A DNA stretch of 64,000 nucleotides from a virus. Positions 8,621 through 17,658 of this stretch are shown in pieces (within the stretch, counting starts at the first letter, position 1; each line of letters opens with the position of its first letter). The notes beneath the pieces are model-generated. The model was given only the letters and a program-made list of their open reading frames with translations. It ran no database searches and had not been told where the DNA came from. The translations under genes were made by a program, and so were the position numbers. The DNA is taken from IMG/VR virus record IMGVR_UViG_3300043540_000321, positions 32,001 to 96,000 of that record. One strand, 5' to 3'.

Positions 8621-9976
8621 ATGACCAAGAAAAACAACGACTCCAACACTTTACCGGAATCTACCGACCTGACCCAAGCAAAACCCTCGGCTCTGAGTGC
8701 CTTCAGAGGTGTGTCAGGGTTGGGAGTAGAAGTCCAACCGCTAGTCGCGGACGAAGCTCCTAGTGAGCTTCAGTCTCTCGTCCAGAAGATCATTCCGGGT
8801 CAAAACCCGTTCGCCAAGTTTCGCAACTCTCGGGTAGCTCAAGACACCGATATTGCCTGGTGGGCTCCTGGTACCGAGCTGGTTGAGCTCAAGGACGTAC
8901 TGGCGATTCGAGGGATTATCCTTCGCTCGGCCTCTGGTCTCAAGCATTACCTCAATGGACCTAACCCCAAAGAGGACCGGAAGTTGCTCTGTCAGACCAT
9001 TTCGATGCACCCCTCTGGCTGGAGTGATCCAGTTCACTCTAACGTTCCGTTCCCACGTCCGATTTATGGGGCTCAGGAGTACAACAAGCCCTATGTCCCA
9101 AGTCGAGAGATTCTGGTCTATAACCCCTCGGGGTACCGGGGTCCTTGTGAGGAATGCGTACGCAATGGAACCTACGTTGCGAAGCATCCAGAGGCAAAAG
9201 AGTCTTCAACCTGCGGCGGAGAGACGACTGTTCTATTCCTGGCGTTGGAATTTGGGATTGGCGATATTGACCTGAGTGTGAAGCGGAAAATCGTGCGGCA
9301 GTGGGTTCCGTTCAACGAACTGAAACACTACGACCAGAAAACGCCTCTCTATCCAAAGCCACCCATTATTAATCTGAGTCTGTCGACTTCAGTCGCCAAC
9401 AAAACGACGGCGAAGATTTTAACGGAGCCGAACAGCCCTGTTCCTAAAGAGGCGAAGGTCTGTAAAGCTTTCATCGACTACCTTTACAACAACGGCATCG
9501 TTCAGTCTGTCAAGGGCGAGTTGTACTATCCAGCTATCGTTGAAGTCTGGGCAGCTCAGGCTCCTAAAGAGGAGCAGGTAGCCACCATCAAGTGTATCCC
9601 GGCCTTTAACTTGGTGGAAGTCCTCGACTTGGGCGACCCAGCGTATGCCGAGATGATCGCCTACTACAAGAGTGAGTTTGTAGCCAACGGGGGAGAACTC
9701 GATGAAGAGGGTCGCATCCGAGAGCCCAGACCCTACATCGCGGAGGTGCCCAATATCGAAGGGATTGTTTACGGTCCAGAAGTCGCCGCTGCTGAGAAGT
9801 CAACGGTCGTTGCTACTCCATCGTTCAATCCGTTTACGAATGGAGCTCCTATTCCAGTAACGGCGACTCCTGTACCAGACGAGATGCCGGCTGTAACCGC
9901 TCGGACGCCCCGAGCTAATAACGGTTCGACCAACGGAGACAGTGTTTCCAACGAACCCAACTTGTTCGAAGAGTAA
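8621..9976 (+). CDS. Putative ssDNA-binding/recombination protein
   Basis: Beta-rich core with CEEC...C, Pro/Thr-rich disordered tail ending acidic (EPNLFEE), followed by a strong terminator; in the replication block. Confidence 0.35.
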   Translation: MTKKNNDSNTLPESTDLTQAKPSALSAFRGVSGLGVEVQPLVADEAPSELQSLVQKIIPGQNPFAKFRNSRVAQDTDIAWWAPGTELVELKDVLAIRGIILRSASGLKHYLNGPNPKEDRKLLCQTISMHPSGWSDPVHSNVPFPRPIYGAQEYNKPYVPSREILVYNPSGYRGPCEECVRNGTYVAKHPEAKESSTCGGETTVLFLALEFGIGDIDLSVKRKIVRQWVPFNELKHYDQKTPLYPKPPIINLSLSTSVANKTTAKILTEPNSPVPKEAKVCKAFIDYLYNNGIVQSVKGELYYPAIVEVWAAQAPKEEQVATIKCIPAFNLVEVLDLGDPAYAEMIAYYKSEFVANGGELDEEGRIREPRPYIAEVPNIEGIVYGPEVAAAEKSTVVATPSFNPFTNGAPIPVTATPVPDEMPAVTARTPRANNGSTNGDSVSNEPNLFEE

Positions 9977-9991
9977 ACGTTAATTGCAATG

Positions 9992-10030
9992 ACGAACGGT
10001 TCAAAATCTTGAACCGTTCGTATTTTTTTT
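9992..10030 (+). terminator. Rho-independent terminator
   Basis: 13-bp perfect stem ACGAACGGTTCAA / TTGAACCGTTCGT, 4-nt loop, followed by T8. Confidence 0.9.
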
Positions 10031-10039
10031 CAAAGAAAG

Positions 10040-11548
10040 ATGGTCACTATTGAATTTGACGCCTGCCAGGCAATTATTAAAGGGGAGATTCTCGATCCGG
10101 ACACGTCATCAGCCCTCCTCGAAAAATTTACTTATGTCGATAGGTCAGACCTCTTTGCGAAAAAGTATAAGAACCCGAATATTCAACCGAAAGAGACCCG
10201 ATTTTTCAAACCTGGGTCTCCCTTCGCGGGTCATGGTGGGTCACTTCCAACTGGCATCCTCCCATTGGTAGCGGATATCCTCTCAGACAGAGGAATCGGG
10301 TTTCAAATTGTCAATAATGCCCCTCAGATCTTTCCCTCCAGCCCTGATGCTTTCTTAGCCAGGGTGCAAGCTATGGGTAAGTCTCCTCGCCCCTACCAGC
10401 ATGAAGCGACTCAGGCTGCTCTGACCTGGCTGCGAGGAGTTATTAAAATTCCTACGGGTGACGGGAAGACTCTGGTGATGGCCTACTTTATCAGCCATTT
10501 TCCAGAGGCTAAGATAGTTGTCACAGCCGATAGCGTCAACCTGGTGAATCAACTTGTGCGCGAGCTGTCTAACTATCTGGACGAAAATGTTGGGATCTTT
10601 GGGGACGGCAAGAAAATTATTAAAAGAGTCACTGTGATGACGAATGCGTCAGCCTGCAGTAGACATGAGGTCTTGGCGGATGCTGACATTCTTATCTGCG
10701 ATGAGGCTCACCGAGTAGGCCCTAAGCTCTCAAGCACCATCAACAAGTACGCGAAGAAAACAGCAGCCCGAATTGGATTCACAGCAACCGCGCTAAAGGA
10801 CAAAGAAGGACTGTTTCAAACAGCGGCACTGGGGCCTATTATTTATTGGCGAGACGAGACAGAGAGCATCGAAACTGGAACTATGCTCACTCCAGAGTTC
10901 TACGTTATTAGAGTGCCCGACCCAAAGTTGATCTATCCCGATGCTCAAGTGGATAGAAATACAAATGCTGTCTGGTATCCGACTCCAACAGGTAAGCCAG
11001 ATCCTTCTGGCGTTTATGACCTGGCGTTGCATCGGAACCGCGATCGCAACGAGATCATTCTCGATCTCGCCGAGGCATTCTACCGAAGTGATTGGACTTT
11101 TCCGGGTCTAATTATGGTAGAACGAATAGACGCAGGGAACTTCTTCACCTCTGAGCTGGCAAAACGAGGGATTCATGCTCCTTACCTGTACAGCAAGACT
11201 GAAAAGGAGGAACGGGACGTTATCCTCGCGGGCCTCGAGAACTGCACCTTAAAGTTGGCCGTGGGCGGGAGAACCTTTGTCACGGGTTTGGACCTTCCTC
11301 TATCTTTCTGTATTCTTGCGTGTGGAGGTACCAGTTGGGTATCTTACAAGCAGCGGAACGGAAGGTTTCTCCGCTCAAACCGACCAGGTAAGACGAGAGC
11401 GATACTGGTTGACTTCCATGACGAGGAAGAGTTTTATCTAGAGACGGCTTCTGTAAAACGGCAGAAGTTCATGTCAGATTTCTACGGGGTTAACCCAGTA
11501 GAGTTAAAAGTCGAAGTGTTACTTGAACTGCTTCGAAATTTACGGTAG
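10040..11548 (+). CDS. Superfamily 2 DEAD/DEAH-type helicase (UvsW/ResIII-like)
   Basis: IPTGDGKT, LICDEAHR, GFTAT, FVTGLDLP, QRNGRFLR. Confidence 0.9.
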   Translation: MVTIEFDACQAIIKGEILDPDTSSALLEKFTYVDRSDLFAKKYKNPNIQPKETRFFKPGSPFAGHGGSLPTGILPLVADILSDRGIGFQIVNNAPQIFPSSPDAFLARVQAMGKSPRPYQHEATQAALTWLRGVIKIPTGDGKTLVMAYFISHFPEAKIVVTADSVNLVNQLVRELSNYLDENVGIFGDGKKIIKRVTVMTNASACSRHEVLADADILICDEAHRVGPKLSSTINKYAKKTAARIGFTATALKDKEGLFQTAALGPIIYWRDETESIETGTMLTPEFYVIRVPDPKLIYPDAQVDRNTNAVWYPTPTGKPDPSGVYDLALHRNRDRNEIILDLAEAFYRSDWTFPGLIMVERIDAGNFFTSELAKRGIHAPYLYSKTEKEERDVILAGLENCTLKLAVGGRTFVTGLDLPLSFCILACGGTSWVSYKQRNGRFLRSNRPGKTRAILVDFHDEEEFYLETASVKRQKFMSDFYGVNPVELKVEVLLELLRNLR

Positions 11549-11608
11549 CTTTTGCACACCGGACTTCGAGTTAACTAGAAACAGAAAACCCGCTCAGGAG
11601 TAACGCTA

Positions 11609-12109
11609 ATGCAGAGTTTGCCTGTCGCGCCTGCGACAGTCAGGTTCTTTATCAGAGAGACCTATATTTCTCTTCTCTACACGCGCTTCCAGAATACTGG
11701 TGCAATTTACTGCCTTTACAGCGATTTTAATAAAGTACTCGAAACAGTCAGCCAACAACTCGAAATCAACTCGGTAGCCCACGTCCTGGACGAATTGAAT
11801 TGGGCAGAAGAAGACACCGAAGATGTTATCAAAGACGTTCTTGAGTCTTTAGAGTATTTACTGCGTACTCAGCTACAGCCACCGCGCAGCAAAGTTGAAT
11901 ATCTGGAACGCTTGAAACGATTCCACTTCAAGTTATTCCAAATTTATGGAGAGAGTATTCCAGACTCCCTCGTTGTTCTAAATCGCCAGTCTTTGGGACT
12001 AGGAGAAAAAATCTCTCAAAGTCTTCGGGTTTCAAAGTCGGATGTTCAACGAGCTATCGAAGAAGCTAAATTGAAAGCCCAATACCCGCAGGAATCTTTA
12101 TGTCTCTAA
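11609..12109 (+). CDS. Hypothetical alpha-helical protein (166 aa)
   Basis: AGGAG SD upstream; overlaps the primase start. Confidence 0.6.
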   Translation: MQSLPVAPATVRFFIRETYISLLYTRFQNTGAIYCLYSDFNKVLETVSQQLEINSVAHVLDELNWAEEDTEDVIKDVLESLEYLLRTQLQPPRSKVEYLERLKRFHFKLFQIYGESIPDSLVVLNRQSLGLGEKISQSLRVSKSDVQRAIEEAKLKAQYPQESLCL

Positions 12110-13278
12110 GTTCTCTCAATGAATCTGCCCGCCAGGCACTCAATTTAACGTTCAAAGAAGGTCGTCAATCCTGTCCATTCTGTGGGGGCAGCGACGACTT
12201 TCGTATTAAGGAAGGTCGATATCACTGTTTTAAGCCGGAGTGTCTTCGATCCGGTCGGTTGGAATATCTCATCTATGACATCCAGGTTGTGCGGGGAGAA
12301 GTCCCTCCCAGAGAGAAAGTCTCTCACCTGGACAAGTTCAAATGGCGGCAGCACATCCAGATTATGGAGAGGGCGATGAACCTCTATGCAGCAGCCGTTG
12401 ATGATACAGCGATCGAGATTCTGAATGAGAGAGGACTGGTCAACGTTCTCGAGCGAGTCACCTTTGGTTATGCTCCGCATGACCATTATCTGAGAGACAA
12501 TGGCATGTCTCTCAAGGAGTTAGAGACTACCAACCTCATTAATGACTACGGGAAAGAGGTATTCAGCGGAAGGATTGTCTTCCCGATCAGTCGCAATGGA
12601 GCCATCGTGCATATGCAGGGGAGAGCGATCGACCCAGAGGCACAAGTCCGGTGGCTATCTATGCGGACACCCGACTCCATCTCTCCGATCAATCGCTACC
12701 TCTATGGGGAAGACTTCTTCTTGAAGCGTAGCTCGATTGAAACGTTGGTTGTCTCGGAGGGGATTTCGGACACGCTCTCTGTGCGAGAGATCCGAGTGCC
12801 CGCTGTTGGAACGTTCGGAGTTGACATTGACTTCTCGACTTTCGGAATATTCGAGCGGGTAGAAACAGCCATTTTCATGTTTGATAATGACGTGTTCCCT
12901 TTAGGAAGTCCTCTCGGAGGTTTATATAAGAGTTGGTCTGCAGCATTTAGAGGGTTACTCGCGTTGCGGAAAAAGTATCCGGCAATGAACATCCTCTGCT
13001 GTCCGCCGCCTCGATCGTATGGAAAGGACAGCAACGACTGGTTGCGGTCTGGCGAGCTGACTCAGGAGTCTTTCCAACAGTGGGTTTACGCGACGAAGCG
13101 CCCTTTAGAAAAGTTCATGATTGAAGAGTTTGGGCATCGGTTAGACTTCCAAACTCTTCTCTTAAAACTTGTTGGAGTAAACGAGCGGGAAGAGGACGTG
13201 TCACTATTAAGGGAGAAGGCTCTAAACATAGAGCCTGACCCTATCCGCTATGCGATGAGACTGATATGTCAATCGTGA
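12100..13278 (+). CDS. DnaG-like DNA primase
   Basis: Zn finger CPFCG...YHCFKPEC, GRIVFPI...MQGR, TOPRIM VSEGISD and FMFDND. Confidence 0.9.
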   Translation: MSLSSLNESARQALNLTFKEGRQSCPFCGGSDDFRIKEGRYHCFKPECLRSGRLEYLIYDIQVVRGEVPPREKVSHLDKFKWRQHIQIMERAMNLYAAAVDDTAIEILNERGLVNVLERVTFGYAPHDHYLRDNGMSLKELETTNLINDYGKEVFSGRIVFPISRNGAIVHMQGRAIDPEAQVRWLSMRTPDSISPINRYLYGEDFFLKRSSIETLVVSEGISDTLSVREIRVPAVGTFGVDIDFSTFGIFERVETAIFMFDNDVFPLGSPLGGLYKSWSAAFRGLLALRKKYPAMNILCCPPPRSYGKDSNDWLRSGELTQESFQQWVYATKRPLEKFMIEEFGHRLDFQTLLLKLVGVNEREEDVSLLREKALNIEPDPIRYAMRLICQS

Positions 13279-14159
13279 TCGCAAGTGCTGGGTCTAAAGC
13301 GTTGGCTGGACCCGTCATCTTGCTTGCTATTCACTTCCTCGAACCTATACCCGACCTGCCAGGTATCGTCTGCCGAAGAGAGGGGAAACGATACCTGGCA
13401 AAGGCTCGTCATGCTGCTCTCTATCCCCAGATTGCATCGATAAATAGGATAGAGTCCGTCCAGTCCTTCGAGCCAGACGAAGTGGACGAGGTGGGTTGTC
13501 TCCAACTCTATTCAGACCACATGGAGCGGCTGTGCTACTACGTTGCTGCAGAGGCTGGTATTCCAACATCAGATATTGTGGCCTGTCTGACGGACAACGA
13601 ACTCCCAGGGTCGACTTTTATTAAGTCCTACCGAGACACTTCTTCAAATGAGGCGATCGTCGCTGGCATGATCGCCTTTGAGTATTTTCGTAAGAGGGTT
13701 CATATCTATGCAGAGAGATACCCTCAGTACGGTTGGGCGTCGAACTCCGGAATGCCATCCCGCGAGCACATGCTTGCCATTATGAAGGATGGCTTGGTGC
13801 CGGGTATTCACAGGTTATCCACTCGAAAAACGTTGGCGAGCTGGTTGCTGAAACAGCTCTGTGACCAGAAAGAAGACTGCAAGGATTACTACCGCTATTT
13901 CCGCAAGGACCCGAAATGGTGGAAGAGACTTTTTGGGAGCAACCCTGGGTTTAACTTTACGTCTCATCTCCCCGCTCGGGAGAGACAGATTTTGGACGTG
14001 ATGACCGTATTTCTAAATCCTAACCACCAAATCTCGTCCTACCCCGACGAGTTCCTCTACACTTGGTTGGAGATGGCTCCAGAGGGAGTACTGAGTGCCG
14101 AGGGTGAACAGAAGTTGAAGGAGCTGCGAGAAAGGTATGGAGGCGAAGGAAAGACTTGA
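13266..14159 (+). CDS. RNase HII homolog, apparently catalytically degenerate, with C-terminal extension
   Basis: IASAGSKALAGPV (vs GVDEVGRGPLVGAV), EPDEVDEV (vs EPHEIDEL), YPQYGWASNSGMPSREH...HRLS (vs FPQYGFAQHKGYPTAFH...HRRS). Confidence 0.8.
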   Translation: MSIVIASAGSKALAGPVILLAIHFLEPIPDLPGIVCRREGKRYLAKARHAALYPQIASINRIESVQSFEPDEVDEVGCLQLYSDHMERLCYYVAAEAGIPTSDIVACLTDNELPGSTFIKSYRDTSSNEAIVAGMIAFEYFRKRVHIYAERYPQYGWASNSGMPSREHMLAIMKDGLVPGIHRLSTRKTLASWLLKQLCDQKEDCKDYYRYFRKDPKWWKRLFGSNPGFNFTSHLPARERQILDVMTVFLNPNHQISSYPDEFLYTWLEMAPEGVLSAEGEQKLKELRERYGGEGKT

Positions 14160-14580
14160 GTTCTTACTGTCAAACGAGCCTGCTCATCTAGATTATTTAC
14201 ATAAGATTCTTCGAATAGACGCACTGGTCTGTCGACTTACTACGAATCAAATTAAAAGAGGAGAGACAGATATCTCCGGGTTCTATACCCTCATGAATTT
14301 AATAACAAATGAATACCGAGCGGTTTCCTTTAGAGAAGGGGCTAGAAAGTTCATTCTTCTGCTGCAAGAGACTAAAGTGTCTTTCAATGACTCAGATGAC
14401 GCTAAGTTGATCTCGCTCGAAAGTGCCCTGGCGATAGCTCATCTGTCGCCGTGGATATTCTTTGATGATGACGCTCGTGTAAGTAAAATTCTGATTGTTT
14501 ACCTCTCAGTTCTTCGTCCAGCCGTGCGTAGTTTGGCCGAGGAATGCCTTAACATAAACACCGACGAAATTCCGTTCTAG
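14137..14580 (+). CDS. Hypothetical protein (147 aa) ending in an SSB-Ct-like tail (TDEIPF)
   Basis: GGAGG SD; helical; terminal DEIPF. Confidence 0.6.
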   Translation: MEAKERLEFLLSNEPAHLDYLHKILRIDALVCRLTTNQIKRGETDISGFYTLMNLITNEYRAVSFREGARKFILLLQETKVSFNDSDDAKLISLESALAIAHLSPWIFFDDDARVSKILIVYLSVLRPAVRSLAEECLNINTDEIPF

Positions 14581-14651
14581 CTCTATAGCGAAGTTCTCTA
14601 AAACCGAATCAAATTGTAGGTGCGACAACGTGCCCAAGAGATAGGAACGAA

Positions 14652-14665
14652 GTGATTTATATCAC
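14652..14665. promoter_or_regulatory. Inverted repeat GTGAT-N4-ATCAC (GTGA-N6-TCAC, CRP/FNR-like box)
   Basis: Palindrome in a 140-bp intergenic gap upstream of the exonuclease operon. Confidence 0.3.
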
Positions 14666-14720
14666 CTAAGAGGTATACAGATAAGCTAACGTAGATGTAT
14701 GCGTATACTTCTGGTGCCTT

Positions 14721-15770
14721 GTGAAAACAAGCTTTAGCAAACTAGAGACTTACAGCAAATGCCCCAGGCTATTTGCTAATAAGCATATTCACAAATTGGA
14801 CGTAAAGATTCCTCAGGCGGTTCCTCTGTTAAAAGGTATCTACGTTCATGAAGTCTTAGCGGAAGTATTAAGTCCGACAACCGATAGTACCTGTCCTCAA
14901 ACTGTCTTTGCAACTCTTTTACCAGCGTGGCTGAATACTCAGCACTTAGAGCTAGAGGTAGAACAACTCCTCTTATTCGTGAGAAAGTTCGGAGACTTGA
15001 TTCACCGAACTTTACTTCTTTATAGAGGGCCAGACGCAATCCGCAATAAAGACGGCAGTCCTCCAGAGAAGTTGCAGGACTTTCCACCCGCTCAATGGAA
15101 GACGGCCTTTAAGGAAAGTGGGCTGGCTGAGTTCAAGTATCAACTTGACAGCCAGGCTGCGAGTCAAAACCCAGAATACATTCACATCTCTCTATCTTTC
15201 TTGTTAGGAGAGATCTGGGCGATGACGGCATACTATAGTAAGCCGAAATGGTTGAAAGAAGTCATCGGCGTAGAGATGCCTATCTCTACGGATGAGAGTA
15301 ACGAAGTCATCCTGATCGAGAATGGCGACGATGAAGACGTGATGCTAAGGGCATATATTGACCTGGTTGGCATTACGAAAGACGACCAGACGGTCATCCT
15401 CGACCACAAGACTTCTAAGAAAAAACCTCTTCCTGAAGAGGTTTTGTATCACCCACAGCTCAACTTGTACGCTTGGATTCGGCGGGAGTTGTATGGGAAG
15501 TGGGATGACCTGATTGGAATTTACCACGCCCTATCCGGTGAGTATGTCTTGGCTCAAGTTGACGAAGAAGTTGTGATGGAGAACCTTCATCACTTCAAAC
15601 AACTAGAGAAAATGGCTGAGCTAGGAGACTATCCCCGTAGGCATCCTCTAGAATTTGCCACGCCCTGTATGTACCGCGATTACAAGACTAGACGCATTAA
15701 ATCAACCTGTCCTTATCTCCATGTGTGCTGGCCTCTGTTCTACGAGAGTATCCAGTCTGAGATTCAATAA
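14721..15770 (+). CDS. PD-(D/E)XK RecB/Cas4-like exonuclease
   Basis: SFSKLETYSKCPR, GIYVHEVL, RAYIDLV...ILDHKTS, PQLNLYAW; C-terminal C...CPYLHVC cysteines. Confidence 0.85.
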   Translation: MKTSFSKLETYSKCPRLFANKHIHKLDVKIPQAVPLLKGIYVHEVLAEVLSPTTDSTCPQTVFATLLPAWLNTQHLELEVEQLLLFVRKFGDLIHRTLLLYRGPDAIRNKDGSPPEKLQDFPPAQWKTAFKESGLAEFKYQLDSQAASQNPEYIHISLSFLLGEIWAMTAYYSKPKWLKEVIGVEMPISTDESNEVILIENGDDEDVMLRAYIDLVGITKDDQTVILDHKTSKKKPLPEEVLYHPQLNLYAWIRRELYGKWDDLIGIYHALSGEYVLAQVDEEVVMENLHHFKQLEKMAELGDYPRRHPLEFATPCMYRDYKTRRIKSTCPYLHVCWPLFYESIQSEIQ

Positions 15771-15794
15771 GCGGTTTCGTATTGGTTTCGTTCC

Positions 15795-15820
15795 ACCTTA
15801 TTTCAGTACCTTATTCCAGT
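15795..15820 (+). repeat. 13-bp tandem direct repeat ACCTTATT(T/C)CAGT x2 upstream of the HU-HTH gene
   Basis: 15795-15807 and 15808-15820, one mismatch. Confidence 0.75.
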
Positions 15821-15827
15821 AAAAGTC

Positions 15828-16613
15828 ATGGGTTCCAAAAAGATTCAGTTGATGAGCGCGAGCCAGGAGGATTTCATTTATGGGATAGTCCATCAGGAAG
15901 GACTTTCCGAGAGTCAAGCTCGGAAAGTTATCCAGCTCCTGATCTCGCAAATAGAACTGGCACTCTATGCGGGCGCAACTGTACAGCTCCCAAGGTTAGG
16001 TAAGTTGTACGTGCGGTACATCCCTGAGCGAAAAGGAATCCACCCCCGGTATCGAAACGACATCCTCATTAAGTCATCCCTGCGCGTATGTTTTGAACAG
16101 GCGCAATCTCTTAAGAGCGAGTTGGAGAAGAAGATCGAACTCTTCGAGGAGATCTTGGAGGAACCCGCTGGCGGAAAGGGTAAGGAGAAAAGTAAGAGAA
16201 AATTCCAGTCGCTATTTCAGGCCCAGTACGGTCAGCCCGTTACTAAGAATAAGGCGGATAGAGAGCGAGCTGAGAACGCCCCTAACATTGTTAGAAGCTC
16301 CTTCCTGCAGTACCTAAGGACTCACTTTGTTTATGGTCTGCCTTGGAAGCATCCAGTTACCGGCACGGAGTTTGACAAAGACCAGGTCGTTCAGAGGTTG
16401 AAAGAGTATTCATCTCTGGACCCTTCCGGATACAAAGTTTTGTGGTATATCTGGACGACTCAGAAGTCCCGAGTGTTTATCGCAGATGCTCTGTCCCTCA
16501 GCACATCTACGGTAAAGAGACGGCAGAACAAGGCCGCGGACACAGTTCTACTCATGCTCTTGCTGCCGGAGCTAAAGCCGGAAAACTTTGAACTGTTCAA
16601 ACAAAGTCTTTGA
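15828..16613 (+). CDS. HU/IHF-like DNA-binding domain fused to a C-terminal sigma70-region-4-like HTH
   Basis: N-term GLSESQARKVIQ...VQLPRLGKLYVRYIPERKGIHP...IKSSLRVCFEQAQSLK (HU fold); C-term YKVLWYIWTTQKSRVFIADALSLSTSTVKRRQNKA. Confidence 0.75.
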   Translation: MGSKKIQLMSASQEDFIYGIVHQEGLSESQARKVIQLLISQIELALYAGATVQLPRLGKLYVRYIPERKGIHPRYRNDILIKSSLRVCFEQAQSLKSELEKKIELFEEILEEPAGGKGKEKSKRKFQSLFQAQYGQPVTKNKADRERAENAPNIVRSSFLQYLRTHFVYGLPWKHPVTGTEFDKDQVVQRLKEYSSLDPSGYKVLWYIWTTQKSRVFIADALSLSTSTVKRRQNKAADTVLLMLLLPELKPENFELFKQSL

Positions 16614-16616
16614 CCT

Positions 16617-17348
16617 ATGGTTACTCCTATTGACCCGACCGAGGTATACGGAGCGCTCGCTCTGATCGAACAGTTTGAAGAGCTCCTCCGCAACCTCGAT
16701 GCCTTTGCAAAGAACCTCCCGCCTGATAAGGCGGAGGAGTTCAAAGTTCATCTGGAGCGGTTCAGGTCTCTGACCGCTCTCATGGATAGCGATGAGGGAG
16801 TTGTCTTCTATTCTGGTAAGCTGAGCGGCAACATGGGCTATCAGTCCACCGTAGAACGCCTCGGTATTGCCTCTGCCATGTTAAGAGAGCGGCAGGCTGG
16901 CAGGACTATTCAAGAGATTGCCAAGATGTTTGGCGTGAATAGAGACACCGCATCTCGATTCTTCAATCTCTACGACAAGGCCAAACCGAAGGAGAAGTTA
17001 CGGATGAACCGTACTTCTATATTCGACACAGCGGCACAGATGGAGGAATTAGCGGTCGCCATTCAGCGTAACATGTCCCGACTGGAGGGTATGAATGACG
17101 ACGTTAACGTGAAGTTCTATGCTGAGCAACGGCAGTTGATCGAGGCAGCCGCCAAGTTCGCCAAAGCGATGGCGGACTATCAGAAATACCAGGAGCTCAT
17201 TCAAGTGGTCAGAGACATTCTGATGGCTGAGATTCCAGAACGTCGAGTCCACATCCTGAAAGTATTCCAGGAGCATGGGTTTATGCCAGCCAGTGGAAGT
17301 AGTTATACCCCACCTAACCTTATAGAAGCGCAGGTTTCAGAATTATGA
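16617..17348 (+). CDS. Helix-turn-helix DNA-binding protein (possibly small terminase-like)
   Basis: GRTIQEIAKMFGVNRDTASRFF HTH followed by coiled-coil helices. Confidence 0.55.
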   Translation: MVTPIDPTEVYGALALIEQFEELLRNLDAFAKNLPPDKAEEFKVHLERFRSLTALMDSDEGVVFYSGKLSGNMGYQSTVERLGIASAMLRERQAGRTIQEIAKMFGVNRDTASRFFNLYDKAKPKEKLRMNRTSIFDTAAQMEELAVAIQRNMSRLEGMNDDVNVKFYAEQRQLIEAAAKFAKAMADYQKYQELIQVVRDILMAEIPERRVHILKVFQEHGFMPASGSSYTPPNLIEAQVSEL

Positions 17349-17656
17349 GTGTAGATAGATTTCTGTGCCTCCTGACCGCGTCTGAAAAGTTGGAGGCAGA
17401 CGAGTACGCTCGTCGTAGCTATGGTGATGACTGGTTTCACTCGCCCAACGTTGAGTGGGTGTTTGATTTCGGAGACTCCAGAGACAAAGTTACTTATGAA
17501 GAATTAGATAGACTAACCTCCTTAGACTTGGACGATGTCTTGCAAAGATTAATCTATCTGCTAGAGCTGAGCTCCGCCTTTTCTAAAGAGGAGACTGCTC
17601 AAAAGTTATTAAATTTGAGAGGAAAGGGCTATAAAGTCTTTTTCTATGCCATCTGA
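17345..17656 (+). CDS. Hypothetical protein (103 aa), last gene of the + arm
   Basis: ATGA-coupled ORF ending 2 nt from the convergent - arm stop. Confidence 0.6.
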   Translation: MSVDRFLCLLTASEKLEADEYARRSYGDDWFHSPNVEWVFDFGDSRDKVTYEELDRLTSLDLDDVLQRLIYLLELSSAFSKEETAQKLLNLRGKGYKVFFYAI

Positions 17657-17658
17657 AC

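Noticed and set aside
14581-14720. tRNA/ncRNA genes in the larger intergenic gaps (also 4687-4925, 37101-37179, 57661-57831)
   Set aside because: No T-loop GTTCRA/acceptor-stem cloverleaf or long stable stems were recognisable by eye; tRNAscan/Infernal would be needed to exclude them fully.
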